Of a stretch of 64,000 bases of DNA, positions 12,621 through 26,620 are shown in pieces. The notes beneath the pieces were generated by a model. That model saw nothing but the letters and a program-made list of their open reading frames with translations. It did no database searches and was not told where the DNA came from. The translations under genes and the position numbers were made by a program. Each line of letters starts with the position of its first letter. Within the stretch, counting starts at the first letter, position 1. Source of the DNA: Monocercomonoides exilis PA203 (Eukaryota > Protista > Preaxostyla). The stretch covers positions 496,001 to 560,000 of the forward strand of contig LSRY02000043.1 in NCBI GenBank assembly GCA_001643675.2. The letters run 5' to 3'.

Positions 12621-15600
12621 AATATTTAAGAAAAACTTTCATATTATTGTCCATTCTATCAAATAAGTTCTTCTATCATATTTTCTTTACTCATTTCATT
12701 TTTCTTCGTCAGTCAATGCGTTTCATTTAATCTTCAAATAAGTTCACTTGAATTATTGCAAAGGATTATTCATTTTATAGCATTCCTTCCAAACAAAAAT
12801 TGTGAAATATTCGATTTATCAAAAACTGACAAGCAATCAAATACGCAAGTCTGTTCAGATTTCTGTGTTCTTAATGATGTGAGATTGTATCAAAGTTTTC
12901 ATTTCCAAAAGTTCTCGTTCAATTTTCTTTTATTGAAAAAGGAGAATGCAATTTATAAAGTTAAAAATGAAATTGAAATACACCTTCATTTTATTTAAAG
13001 TGACTCAAAGTTGCTTAACCTTTTTCAACTTCTTCAAAAACTTCATCGTTTTTGTTTTGCTCAATGCAACTTTCACGAAACAGAGAACACTGCCTGAATG
13101 TTTTTTCTGAAACGCCATCGTCGAGCGAAAGGAAACATTAACCACCACCAACGTGATGTTTTTATTTTTTCATATTCATTTCCTAATCTTCATCAATTAT
13201 CATCTTTCAAATTCATCTTCTCAATAGTTATTCATCAAAAGAATAATATTAAAATCTTTATTCATTTTTGAAACATCCAACTTTCTTTATCTACAATTTT
13301 GAATTTTTCAAATTCGTTTTCTTTTCATCAATCATTTTATCAATTTCATGAAACAATTTTTATGATTAAAAATAATAAAACTCTTCTTTGTTCATTTAAT
13401 TCAAATATCCATCAATCTCCTCTTTTTTCTGTCTCTGTTCATTTTCATCGAAGGATTCCAGTTAATCAAATATCACCTTAATATATATTCAAACATTGAC
13501 ATTCGAACTTTCAGTTAAACAGCAAAAATATTTAAACTTATAAACATTTCTGTTGATAAAATCTCATAAATTCGATCGTTAGCTTTGCAATCAATAATCA
13601 TTTCATATTACCAGCCGTGTCAAATAACAAAATTTTGTGAATTATTTTTCGTTAACAAAAAGGCTCAATAAATACAAACGTCTTTGATTAGAATGCAAAA
13701 GAAAATGGATATGCAACAACTCATTATTGTTAAATGCTTCACAATCATTATTGCAAAAGAATAAGAACTGAAACAACTTGGATTGAATGTTAAAAATCAG
13801 ATAAAGAGTTTTCGAGTTTCGTTTTGATCTTACCAACAATTTGTTTGAGGATGAAAGTCTTTTTTTCCTTTTTCGAAAAAGAATAAGATCCATCAACAGA
13901 AATGTTGTTTTATTGATAAGAAAAGAAACGGGGTGAATGATTTTGTGAACGGAAGTTTTTTTCCTTCAAGAAAAAAGATGGAGGTTAAAAACCAGAACAT
14001 TTCATAATCACAAGAAAATTATTGATTGTAGATGATGGAATGTTTATTGAGAATGTGTTTTCAGATGCTTCAGAAGTTTATGGACAATAAAATAAATGTT
14101 CTTCTGAGAATAAATTTTGATTGACAAAAGAAATGAACTTGAGCATGGTCAACAAACTTGCAGAGTTACAGAAAATCAATACTCAATGCTCTGATCGTTA
14201 AATAACTTGTTTTATGAAGATATGATTAATAATTCGGAAAAAACTGCAAAGGCCACATTGAACAAAAAAGAAGGAAATTCAGATGTTTCGTGAAGCTCTC
14301 ACTTCAGATAATATTTGTATGCTTCTTTCGGACATATCAAGATTTTTGGTTTCCTCAATAATTTGAATTTCAATAGATAAAAAAGTCAACATTGAATATT
14401 GTGAAAGTCACCTCTCTTCTGAAACTATCATCAAAAGTTAACTTGGATATTTTTTTGACAACTGAAAACGAAGCAAAAGCAGTATATGAAGCTCCTGTAA
14501 AAAAATAGTAAAGAGATACTCAAATAATATTATGATACATTTTCTGAAGATTTATTTGGACAAGCTCAATCAAACTTTGAAAATCCACAATCATGTTCAT
14601 TTGCATTGCAAGCATCATTCGAGCAAAAAGATAAATGAGTATTAATTGTTCGAGTTCTAGATTGCTTGAATCATTTCTTACTCCTTTAATAAATGTTGCA
14701 AAAAAAGAAAGCACTTTTTTACAGTCGTTCATCGAAGCAACTCAATAAGTGGTCTGTATGTTTGATTTTCTCTGATAAACCTTTTTTCATTATCAATTTT
14801 TCTTTATTCGTTGGTTAATTTTTTTCAGATAAAAAGTATTGAATGATATCTGTCATGATTTCAACAGACTTATCCAGCACTAATTACCATTCAAATCTGA
14901 TATCCATGATGGAACAATGAAATCAACACATTTTTATTATTTGTTTGCACATTTATATCGAACAGACAATTGTTTAAGATTCAAATCATCAATCTGTTGA
15001 AACAAAGACAATATTTTTTCTTGAAGATTCTATTTGTAATTGATGTATGCGCAAATTTTTATAGCTCATAGTTAATTTCTCATTCTTTTCGATTGAAGAT
15101 CTTTTATTAAAGTTGTTTTTTTGTTGTTTGCAACTATGCATTCGTGAGTGATTGATAGTTCAAAAGACAGCGATGAGAAAAGAAGAAAAGTTCGGAGATT
15201 CTGACATCGAAAGGAATATATTTCAGTGATTAATTGTGATAATAAAAATCGGATTGTTGTTGAATATTGTTTTTATTAATATCTTTCATAGGTTGCGTTG
15301 AATGGGGTTTTTCATCAAAGTTGATAACATAACTATCACTGTTTTATTCAGATAAAAGTTCTTCTTTTCAGTCTGCAACATGTAAGTTTCGTTATTCAGA
15401 GTATTTCTAACCCAGTCATTTTTTGCATATCATTTGTTTTCCATTGTATTCACTCTCACAAAAATAATAGAATATATCAAGAAAATACATTTGATTATAA
15501 TTTCATTTGAAATAAACCATTATAGATACATGATAAACACTAATAAAAAAAACGTGTATTCCGACAGGCCTCGCTCAACAAAAAGCAGGCATGTCGCACA

Positions 15601-16555
15601 GATGTCAAAAGCTTTGAACGACATGGATTCGGAGGACCCGAAGGGATGCTTAATTCACTTCATCCATCATAGCAAACCTGGTAAATCCTTTCGGGAAGTA
15701 ATTGAAAGCAATTGCAATAGTGTGAACATTAATTCAAATTGTTGTTTGATAATAATAAAATAACTTCTTTGTTTATCTGGATTAATTAATGTTGCTGATG
15801 TTGCTGAACAGTCAAAATAAACAAACTTCTGGAAAATCTTTCGCAGGTACTTTCTGTTCTGAATATGCGTGAAAGGGTTTTGGTTCTCGGTTGTGTGTCA
15901 AACATTTTCCCCATGGGAAAACTGGAGAAGAGTGATTAGAATGTAACAAAAAGCGAATTCTATTACTCCAAAAAAGCTTGGAAAGATTTTTTAGAGGAAA
16001 AAACAGTTTCTTCAAACGAACAAAAAAAGGATAATTGCTCCAATTTGAAATGTTTGCCTTTCTATTTTTTCGTTAACGATAATTTTCTTGTTTTTTCTGT
16101 CACCAAATAAAGCAAGTCAATTTAATATGGCAGAATCCTGGATGTTGTGCCACAGTTCTTGTAGCTGTAAAAACTGAAAAAAACGAAAAAAATGTTTGCT
16201 CATTTGCATTTTTCTGAACAATTTGGAATTTCATCAATATCGTTTTTTTATTCACTGCCTTTGATCAAAAACTCTTTTGTATTTACTATTTCAGCTGTGA
16301 AAAAAAAACCTCGGCACAACGATCTGAACGAATCCCAGTCTTGCATTATTAAAAATGTGTGTGAAAATGATGCGAACTCAAAAAATCAACATGCAGTCGA
16401 TTTTGATCGAAAAGAAGTCGTCAAAACTTCCTCTCGATCTGAATTTGAAAAGAAAAAAGAAAAGAAAATTATAAAAGATAAAAAAAAAAGAAAAAGTTTT
16501 TTCTCCGACAGAGAAAAGACTGATAGAAAAAATAAAAAAGAATTTATATTCTGAA

Positions 16556-17500
16556 ATGACGAATGAATTGGAAATCAAAATGGCTTATTCTACGTTTTGT
16601 AAAAAAACAAAGAATTTTAAAAAAGCCAAGAAAAGGACTGATCTTTGTGATATTTGTGAGAGAGGTAATTTTTTAGAGAGGAAAAAAAAGAATTTAATGA
16701 AAAAGTATAAGAAATTAAATGATGAAGAAAAAGAAGAAATAGAATTAATTGAAAACCATAGAAAAATGGCAAAATGCCAGCGTGATTATTTTTATCACGT
16801 GAATAATAATATGAAACAAAATGAAGTTTCCATCATAATGGACTTCAAAGAGAATTGGGCTTTGCCCATTACAAGAAACGAAACTTGTAAAAATTTTTAT
16901 GAAAAAAAACAAATTTCACACTTGTGTTTTGTTGTTCATAAAGTTGACAAATTTTATAAACTTGAGAAATTTTGTTTTAATTTCTTTTCAGAAATTTTAT
17001 CTCACGATTTTAGATTTGTGTTGGAATCATTAAAACAATGATTGAAATTTGATATTTTCAAAGATGTTTCTTCTTTTCATTTCTTTTGTGATAATGGTCC
17101 CCATTTTAGGAACTCACACATATTACACTTTTTATAATCTAATTCGTCTCCAATTTTTTGCAATAAAATTTGTTCTTTGTCATTTTTCGTAGAGCACCAC
17201 GGGAAAAGTGAGTGCGATAGTGAATTTGGTCATTTAACTCGTTTAATTAAAAATAATTTAAATGATAATGTTTTAATGACTATTGATGATTTAATTTGTT
17301 TTTTCAATTCTAATTTCAATTCTGAATATTGTGCCAATAATTTTATTAATTTTAATATTGATAATATTTCTTTTTCTGATAGTGATACACAGATAACAAT
17401 GAATGAACAAGATATTCCAACAATTACTCCTGATATGTCTTTTAATACCAACGGACAAAGAGAAAATGAAACGAAACATATATTCTTAAAGTTTGTTTAA
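16556..17500 (+). pseudogene. Sola2-like DDD transposase with two in-frame stops
   Basis: One reading frame contains RTDLCDICE, IIMDFKEN, SHD, FFCDNGPHFRN and FFVEHHGKSECDSEFG. Stops are TGA 17039-17041 and TAA 17135-17137. No TIRs were identified. Confidence 0.7.
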
Positions 17501-19292
17501 GTTTTTTTTTAATTTGATCAACATTATTTTTTCTTATAAACTAAAATCTTTATTTTAATATTAAATTTGATATATCTTAATAAATCTGAAAGACACGAAA
17601 TAGAAGCAGACAATATCTGGGGTGAATTAATCAACTCTGGAATGAAGAAATTTTTATTTTTCACAAAGAAAAATAGAAAAATATTGTCTTCTCCTCTCAG
17701 CAGTATTGATTCTCAGAATTTTGTAGAAATAAATTATAGAGAAAGAAAAAGAAAAACCGAAAAGGAAAGGAAAGTTTATTTGGGTAATGGAAAGACAGAA
17801 AATTCTTTTAATATTGAAATGGATTAAAGCATTGGAAAAAGCGTGAAGAAAACAATAAAGGATAGAATGAATTATTTGAAAGCTTTTAATTATGATTCAA
17901 CATAATTAAATAATACTTTTTTTTCTGATGACTCTTTAATAGGTGAAGATTCAAACTGCTCCATTGAAAGCGAATCAGGTATGTTAGGTTTTGCAACAAA
18001 AAAGCAGTTCTTCAAATAATTGCTTTATTCATTTCCAATCAACCAACAATTTAACCCATTGAAGTTCTTGGAATAAAAATTACTGTGAAAAATATAATAA
18101 TTCTTTAAATTTGTCTGATTTTTTTTTTAATTCAAATTCAGCAATTGACAGCAACTCCACAATGGAGGAAGATTTCTAAATATTTATAACTTTTTTTATA
18201 AAGTCCATTTTTTGAAGTCTTGCTTATCCAATGATAACTGTTTTTTTCATTTGAGGACTAAACTGAATCCTTCCTATATTTATTCAAATTTTTTTTGGAT
18301 AAAAATTTGCAGGCCTTGGGTCCAGATTCAGTTTCCCAGGAGACTTTCAAAAAACGGACCGTATAAAAAAATATATGTGAATAATTTCACATTATGCCAA
18401 AACCAAGTGAATATACTTCAATATTTATCATTATAATTAATTGTTTTTTTTATGATTATAATTTTTTCTATTTTTTTTCATTTTCGATTTTTATTAAATT
18501 TTTATTGTATTTGCTTTTTCGATTTTCTTTCTGATTTATTAGTTGATTTTTTTTCCTTTATTTATTTATTTATTAGATATTTTACGGCAACTATCTGTAT
18601 TTAGCAAAATGTGTAGTTGTTACGGAAAATCAAGACTTGTAACGGATAAATTATACTTGTTACGAAAAAAACCCATTCTTTCAGACAAAGATTTAATATA
18701 TAAAAGGAAACAAGATTTATATGTGTTTTGAGTCACTTGTGTTACAGTTGCATTTACCGATAATTTATCAGACAAAATGAGTTTTTTACAATTGGTTGAT
18801 CCATTTATTATGTGTGCATCGTTTCATAATCATAAAAAAAAAACATAATTTAATTATTATCTGTTGTTTGAAAAAATTGAATTGATATACTATTTAGTAA
18901 CAGCTCAAGCTCTCATGGTGGACATTCTGATATTCCTATTGCTAATCATTCAAGCGGAATTCATTTTCGACCAGAGTCTTCTTTATCAGCTACTTCTTCA
19001 ACAGCTTTGAGTTCATGTCAAATTTCCAGTAGTTCAAGCCAAACAAGTTTGACTCAAATGTGTTTTATTTCAAGCTCTCAACCGATTACAAAAGATAATA
19101 AGTTTGACTTTATTATTTCGAATTATTTTTGGGTTGTAATTTTTATTAATTTATAGAAAAGCTAATGATAAAGAAAATGAAAAAATTAATGAACGTGCAA
19201 TTTGTGAATCAGATTCTTATCAACAAAGAATTGAAACTCGAATCTTTTAAATAAAAATTAGAGACCTTCCTTCCCCAGAGCCAGAAGGAAAA

Positions 19293-20405
19293 TTGTTCGA
19301 ATTTATCCGAACAAAAAATGCCTTTTTCAGATACAAGTTGTCTGAATGTCAGATATTTACTATTGTTAGCGAACTCGACAGCCTAATTTCAAAAATACCT
19401 AGGAGAGGACCAAAGGGACTTATCACAACTGCGGATAAACTACTTTATTATTTAGAATGGCTGTCAACAGGCGCAACACAAACGCATATTGGGCTGTGGT
19501 TTGGTAAAACAAACCATATCATTTCTAACTCGATAAATTTCATCCGTCCATTTATCTTACATGTTCTCAGGCAAATGAACGAAAAAAAGAGAAGACCAGT
19601 TCTAATTGAAGGCGACGACTTATTCGGAGATGTTGCGTTGTTAGTTGATGTGACCTCCATACGAACTGAGAAGCCAGTCGGAAGTTTTGAAAATCAAAAA
19701 CTTCTTTGGGACGGACATCATAAAGTTTATGGTGTTAAAATACAAGTTGCTGTTGCCGCTTCTCATCCATTTGAAGCTTTATTCATATCTGAAGTCGTTG
19801 AGGGGCACATTCATGATTTCTCTCTATTTAAAAGAGATTTACATCCATTAATTGAATACTTGCAGGTTACAAACGAGGACAGACATAAGAATAGCCTTAA
19901 TGAATCCAACGCTCAATGGAAAATAATGGCTGATCGAGGATATCAGGGGGTGGTGGAAGGTTTGGAGTTAATAATTCCGATAAAAAATACTAAAGCTAAA
20001 GAAGAGATCGAATACAACGCGCAGTTAGCTGAAAAGAGGATTCCTGTTGAATGGTTTTTCGGCAGGATGAAACGTCTGTGGAAGCTATTAGCGAACAGAT
20101 ATCGGAATGGGCTGGATGATGCAAAAATTGACATTGAAATTGCTGTGTGGCTGACAAATCTAAATATACAGGCAAACGATCTAACAGAAGATGATGGCAA
20201 GTTTGAGCAACAATGTCTTATTTTTAATCAAGACGAAGTGGAAAAGCAAACAGAAAAAAGGCACGAATCAAACTTAATGTTCAGAGAGAAAATGAAAAGA
20301 AAACGAAAATCAATGCACGATGAAGAAATACATATGGAGAATTCAAAACAACGGAAAATAGCTTGTGACGAGAGCAACAAAGAAATAGAAGGCAACGAAG
20401 AATAA
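19293..20405 (+). CDS. PIF/Harbinger/ISL2EU-like transposase (HTH + DDE_Tnp_4); 5' end probably disrupted or on upstream exons
   Basis: DKLLYYLEWL...HIGLWFG (HTH), LLVDVT, GHHKVYGVKIQV, GHIHDFSLF, IMADRGYQG, YN...RIPVEWFFGRMKRLW. The D-D-E triad appears intact. Confidence 0.85.
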   Translation: MFEFIRTKNAFFRYKLSECQIFTIVSELDSLISKIPRRGPKGLITTADKLLYYLEWLSTGATQTHIGLWFGKTNHIISNSINFIRPFILHVLRQMNEKKRRPVLIEGDDLFGDVALLVDVTSIRTEKPVGSFENQKLLWDGHHKVYGVKIQVAVAASHPFEALFISEVVEGHIHDFSLFKRDLHPLIEYLQVTNEDRHKNSLNESNAQWKIMADRGYQGVVEGLELIIPIKNTKAKEEIEYNAQLAEKRIPVEWFFGRMKRLWKLLANRYRNGLDDAKIDIEIAVWLTNLNIQANDLTEDDGKFEQQCLIFNQDEVEKQTEKRHESNLMFREKMKRKRKSMHDEEIHMENSKQRKIACDESNKEIEGNEE

Positions 20406-20770
20406 CTATTTAGCGATTTGCACTTTTCTTATTTCGGTTTTTTTATCATTTGAACTTTGTTTTCCTTTTTCTTGAAGATCTCTTAGGTTGTTTATCGCAC
20501 AGTTTTTCATCAACTTCACTACTTATAAATTTCACAAATAATAAGTTTATAAAGTTCAAAAATTATATTTTTCAGAAAGAAAGAAATACCAAACTATATT
20601 TAGAGGTTTTGCAACGCAGTCCTATCTTTCTGATTTGTTCTCTTAATGCAGATATTCAGCCTTTTCTTCAACATGAAAATAACTTATTTCATTAATAAAC
20701 CTGTCATTTATTGTCAAGCTGATGCAAAACAAAATACACCTCAATCTTTCGCAATGATATCTAATATTAA

Positions 20771-21967
20771 TTTGTATCTATCAACGGATCAGATGTTGAT
20801 ACCTGCGGTGAAACAAATAAGCCATGTGCCACGGTGGAGTATGCCCTCGGATGCGTTGCTCCCTTCAGTGATGCCTCTCTCACTCTTCTTGACTCCACTT
20901 TCACTCCTGCAAAGACTCTCACATTCCGTGCCCCAAATACAAAAATTACTGGAAATGGAACAGATGCCACCACCATTGCTTCAAGTAGTATCCCTCAACC
21001 AGCTTCTTCTTCCTCCTCCTCTTCACCAGATCCATCTGCCTCGTCTGCCCTCTTCCAACAGACCCAGGGCTCCCTCACAGTCTCTGCCCTCGCCATCGCC
21101 CACAACTCCACAAATCCCATCACCCCCATCCTCTTCCACCTCTCCGATAACTCCCCTTCCCTCAGCCTCAACACACCCACCATCACCGGAACAACCTCCA
21201 TAACTATAAAAACTCCACTCTTCTTCCTCACTGCTGGCTCCCTCGCCCTCAACCACACAGTAATCACCCAACTCTCCCTCAACAGCCAAAGCATCTTTCA
21301 CCTCACCTCCCTCACAAACCCCCTCACCCTCAACTCCTCCAACATCACCCACATCACCTCCACTTCCTCCCCCACCAGCTGTGTCCTCTCCTCTGCCACC
21401 TCCCCTGCCCTCTCCCTCTCCCTCGCCAACTGCACCATCACCAACATCAACTCAGAACATTTGAGCCAACAGACTGCCACAGATGGCGGGTGCATCTCAT
21501 TCGCCTCATCTGCCTCTGCTAACACATTTTCTGTGAGTGAATCCACCTTCTCCACCTGCTCTGTGAGCGAGGATACAAGTTCTGGAGGAAGAGGCGGTGC
21601 TCTCATGATCGAGTTCAAGGATGATTCGGAAGTGTCATCCACAACCTTTTCCATCACCAATATCGTGTTTTCAGCCAACAAGGCTAGCGTCGGAAGAGAT
21701 ATGTATTTTGTGTGTGGATCCCTTGTCGTTTCTGTGAAGGAACCCTTGTTCACTTTCATGAAAAGCATCGATCAAAAGGACAATTCGATTGTTGGACATG
21801 ATAGAACAGAGGCATTCGGTGATTGGAATGTCGATTTATTTATATTCTTCTATGGTTTCTTTGATGATACAATATTTGTAGATGGCACATCCGGAGTGGA
21901 AGAGCTGTATTGCGGGTTGGAGAAAGCTCCATGTTTGAATGTGAATTATGGAATGGGGCATTTGTAA
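20771..21967 (+). pseudogene. truncated fragment of a large beta-helix (polymorphic-membrane-protein-like) surface protein
   Basis: FVSINGSDVDTCGETNKPCATVEYAL and CGLEKAPCLNVNYG cysteine motifs, GGCI/GRGGAL repeats and an S/T-rich region. There is no start or signal peptide, and the frame breaks after 21967. Confidence 0.7.
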
Positions 21968-23049
21968 AAAAACACAGAATACAAAAAAGGAGATTGTTGT
22001 TATTTCGAATTCGTCTTTAACTGGATGTGTGGATGTGGGTAAGATGTGTATAAAGGCAAAGTCGAAGATATTTGAAGCGAAGGCACACAAAATAGAAGAA
22101 AACATCTCACATGTGCATTTGATGAAATCAACATTGCTTGTCGGACATTTATTCTCTTGTTTTTAAAGAATTCTCCTCCAAATTTGAATTTCTTCCAAAA
22201 CTCATTCATTCATTTGTCATCTTCTCGACATGTCGTAGGCGTGTGACGTTGTGTAACCTTCCGAACTCTATTTTGAGACCCATCCATTTCAAAAAAGAAC
22301 CGCTTCAATGTTTTTTCTGTTTTCACTGCCAATGCTTCGGTTTCAAAATGTGAAAAGTCAGAACTGTCCTCCTTTTTTTAATTTTGACATGCCAATCGGC
22401 TATTCTCCACAAAAAGTTATTTCCGTTTCGTTGTCTCATTATTTCAGAAGAAATTCTGTGATAGAATAAAAAATTATCTGTGCTTCTGAATAGAAATGTG
22501 AGGCGAGGCATGGAGCTGAATTTGGTTGGAGTTATATGGATTTAAATAAACATTACTTTTGTTGATCATCGAAGGTGTTGAAGAAGAAGAAATAAAATGA
22601 AATGAATCCATCTTGATGGCATTTCATTCCAAATATTATGAAAGAAAATATCATTCATTCAACGATTGATATATTGAGGCGAAAAAATGAGAATGATTAA
22701 ATTTTTGGTTCAGTTCATTTGTGCTGAGGAATTGAATGGAATAAATGCATCAGAATGTTCATGGACAGATCCAATGCCAACAGAATATTAACAGTTAAAA
22801 GGAAGTGGAAGAAGACAACGAAGAAGAAGAAAAGGAAGAAAAAGGAAGAAGGATGAGGATGAGGAGGATGAGGATGAGGAGGATGAGGATGAGGAGGAGG
22901 AGCAAATTGTTTGTTTGTTTGTGGAATCTGAACAACATTAAAAAAAGCAGAAGAAGCAGAAGAAATCGAAGAATTCTTTGTCAATTAGCTTTTTTTATGC
23001 TCGTCCATCAACATCTGAAAGCGAAGGAGAAGAGATTCGATTGCTTAGA

Positions 23050-26000
23050 GAGTCAATATATGGACTGAGAGGAAGAAGAGGAAGATCCTTTCATAGCATT
23101 TGAATGCCTAACCACACGAGAACCACTCATAACAGAAGATGCTGTGGTTGGTGGTGGCATCGTCTGAGCAGAGTGCCTGGAGCTCGTCTGCGAGTGGAAT
23201 GAGGAGTCAGTCAAATAAGAAGGCGGTCGCGATTGCGAAGGAAAAAGGCTGCAATACGATGAAACAGGGATGACTTCGTTGGAACCTGCAGACACCGAAA
23301 AGGATGCGGTGGTTGTTTCATCGAAGTCTGCTGTCGCTCCAGTCATTGATGTGGCTGAAAAAGCATATGTTGAAGAAGAAAGCGAAGTCCGAGAAAGCGA
23401 ACGGGAGATGAGCGGTCAGAGGAGATGCTAAATGATCTGTATGCTTTCCCTTGGATTGGAACAGACACCGGGTGGTCTGAGAAATCTGTGTCTGAACGTG
23501 TGATCTCGTCTTCTTTCGTCTTGCCTCCGCTGCTTATCTCTTCCCCATCATCATCTTTATCGTCTTCTTCTTCTCCTGAGTCATCATCGTTATTTCCCTT
23601 CTTCCCATCTCCTTCACCTTTCATCTCCTGCGTCTCCTCAAAATCCGCCTCCCTCTTCTCTTGAAACGCAACCAGAAACAGATTCGCATTCTGCTGGAGC
23701 ATCGCATTTTACTCCAAAATGTTCTCCTTCACCGCCGCGTGATGTGCCAGTTTCAATGACAAAGCCGCCACAAATGTTGATGCTGTTTCATTTGAATGGC
23801 TCAGAGCAATCATAACAAGCAGATGGAAGCGGAGAAGCTTCAGGCAGTGGTTCGCAAACGAGTTGCGCTCCATTTCTTGTGCTTTCGCTTCGAGATATTC
23901 GTACTGCCTGTCTGAAAGTGCATGTACTGCAACTCTGTCTACCCATATGCAGCTTTTCACCAATCGGTTGCCTTTCTTTTTCATCCTCTGCAACTTTTGC
24001 CTTCTTTCTACTCTTTCTGCTTTCTCTGACTTGTTTTCCGCCCAAAACCAATACAGGATTTTTTGTGCTGAGCTCCGACTGAGTCTGGCCAGGTATGACT
24101 GAAATGATGAATGCATCGAGACCATCTCCTTGTTCTACCCCTGGATGAGAATCTTCTTTGTCGCCCAGCCAGTCTTCACTGAAGGCCATCCATTGTGCTC
24201 CATCATCCGAATAGACGATGCGAAGAAGGCGCTGTTTGATGAGGCGATTTGAGACTCGCTCTGAGGAAGCTGAGACAGAAGAGGCAGGAGAGGTGGTGAT
24301 ATGTATGTTGAATAGGAGGAGATCGAAGACGGAGATGGAAAGGGTGAAGATTGAGAAGGAGGAGAAGACACAGAGAAAGAAGGGATTTGTCGTGTGGCTG
24401 CAGAAAATAAAGAGGAAAGCGAGGGAGATGAAGTGGGATACTTGCTTCCACCGATGCTGACACAGACAATGTTATTATTGATATTGTTGATATTGTTGTT
24501 ATTACTGGAGTTGTTGTAGCTTGCAGAAGGTGGAATTGCAGTCTTCACAGAAGGAACATCCGGTTTGGCGTGAGAAAGAAGTACACCGAAGTTGTTGAGT
24601 GAAGCTTGAATAGAATGTGTATAAGAATAAACAGAAGAAGAGAAAGAAGAGTGAGAGGAAGAAGCTGTTTGAGAAGGAAATGAATAAGCTAACTGCTTCA
24701 ATTGAGCTCTTCCAGGGTTTGCAGCAACAACGCCGATGAATGCCCAGACACACGAGGGAAAGAGGAGGAAGGAAGAGGAGGAAGTGGCATGGACGATATT
24801 GAGGAGAAGGAGAATGATTATGTGTGAGGGAGTTTTGAGACAGATGGAAGAGAAGATGCATTTGAAGTAGATGAAGAGCAATCAGATGGATAATTGAATC
24901 CAAATGGGAAAGAAGAAGAAGAAGCAGAATTGTTATTGCCTTTAGATGGCGAAACAGAAGAAGAAGATGATGATGACGCAAAAGAGGGATAAGCATCAGT
25001 ATTATTCTTTAACATAGATGACAGATTGAAGAAACGAGCAACGACGGAAGGTCTGTTGGAGTTGAGGATGTTGAATGCTGCATAAAGAAGGATAGCATCG
25101 AGAAGAGGTTGCAAAACATCAGAAGCTGTTTGTTTGCGCTCTGTAGATTTCAAAGCAGAGAAGGATGAGGAGAAAGAATTGGTGAAAGAGGAAGAAGCAG
25201 ATGATGAAGCGGAACGAGATGAGGAAGAAGGAATTGAATGAATCAGAGGCTGAAGTTGCAGATGAGGTGGCTGCGAAAGACGAGGAGGGAGAGAAAAAGA
25301 GCGAATGCTTGCAGATAATGGAAGATGTCAAGGATAAAGCGGAGGGGAACGAGAATGAGATGAGTGGAAAGGAGATGGAGAAAGTGACGTGCAGGAAAAA
25401 AGAGCATTGGATATCATAGCAGTGGCAGAAGAAGAAGCAACTGTGGCGCTTTGGAATTGAGTGTGAGGAAGAGCAAACGAAGGAAAAAATGAAGAAGTTT
25501 GACGGGAAGGAGGGGAATGCAAAGTGGAAGAAGAATTTGAAAAAGAAAAGCAACATTCATTTTGAAAAAATGATAGCAGGTTTGAAAGATTCGAATTTCG
25601 TAACGGCCTACAGCAACAACAGACGGAAGATCTATTCCTTGTTGCAATTGAAATCAAATATCTCCATTCAATATATGGAACATTCTCCTGCTTTCCCGAT
25701 CAAGCATATCGTATCTCTTTTCTCATCATCTAACCTGTCTCGTCTCTTCCTATGAGTAATTGCGAACACAGCATCCATCTGCACTTCCATTTTCCGTTTC
25801 TTGTTTAAAGAATTCATTCTATTCTATTTGTCATGTTGTCATTGTTTGTTGGTTGATTAAAGGCTAAGCTTTGTTTATTTGGCGAATTCAATCTTTGAGG
25901 ATGCTCAGATGAAATGAATGAAGCTGTTTCTTCGAAGAAATGAGAAACATCATTGAAGATGGTTGTGTGTTGTCTTGTCGTGTGCGAACTGTTTTGTTTG

Positions 26001-26620
26001 ATGAAGTGCCTCAATATCCCAAACTGAACAGAAATGTGGAAGAAGAAGATGTTCGTGACAAAAGAAATGAAATGAGCCAGTTGAACTCTTCAGAGGAAGA
26101 TGAATGACAAAGGCGAGGAAGAAATTTCATTGCGAACAAATGGTCTTTCATTTGACAATGTTGTAAAAGGAAAAAGCAACGAGTGAAGGAACTGAAGAAG
26201 ATGAAGAAGAAAAAGTTTGCTTTCTTTCCAGATGGTGAGTCAACAGTGGAAGAATTGCATTGTTGAGTGGGTGCAAATAAGAAGCACTTCTTCATAAAAA
26301 AAAAAAACGCCCAATCCAATCAATCGAATTGAACAAAAAAGGGTAATTGTGAACTTTTCTAAACATTGAACACGTTATCTGAATCCCAATAAACAACATA
26401 AAAATTGGCGTACTTGCTCCATGTTGCAACATAAAAATATGATGGCGATTGCATTTGGACTTTTTATCCAACAATTCCCTTTCACGAAGCAATTGTTCTT
26501 CCCTTCCGCCAAACAAAACAATCGTTGATAAAGAGATCGAAGGAGAAGGAGAAGTAATAACACAACTCTTAAAAATACTGCTTGAAATGGATTGTTACCA
26601 GGAACGAAGCTCAACGCAAA
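23050..26620 (-). pseudogene. fragmented, frameshifted Ser-rich hypothetical protein
   Basis: A chain of overlapping minus-strand ORFs in shifting frames (23053..23346, 23343..23702, 23709..24125, 24135..24881, 24818..25153) with coding-like composition. No family recognised. Confidence 0.4.

Noticed and set aside
15291-18680. gaatggggtttttc / gaaaaaaacccattc as TIRs of the Sola-like element
   Set aside because: The match is short and imperfect with no TSD, and the right motif seems to belong to the next element's subterminal region.
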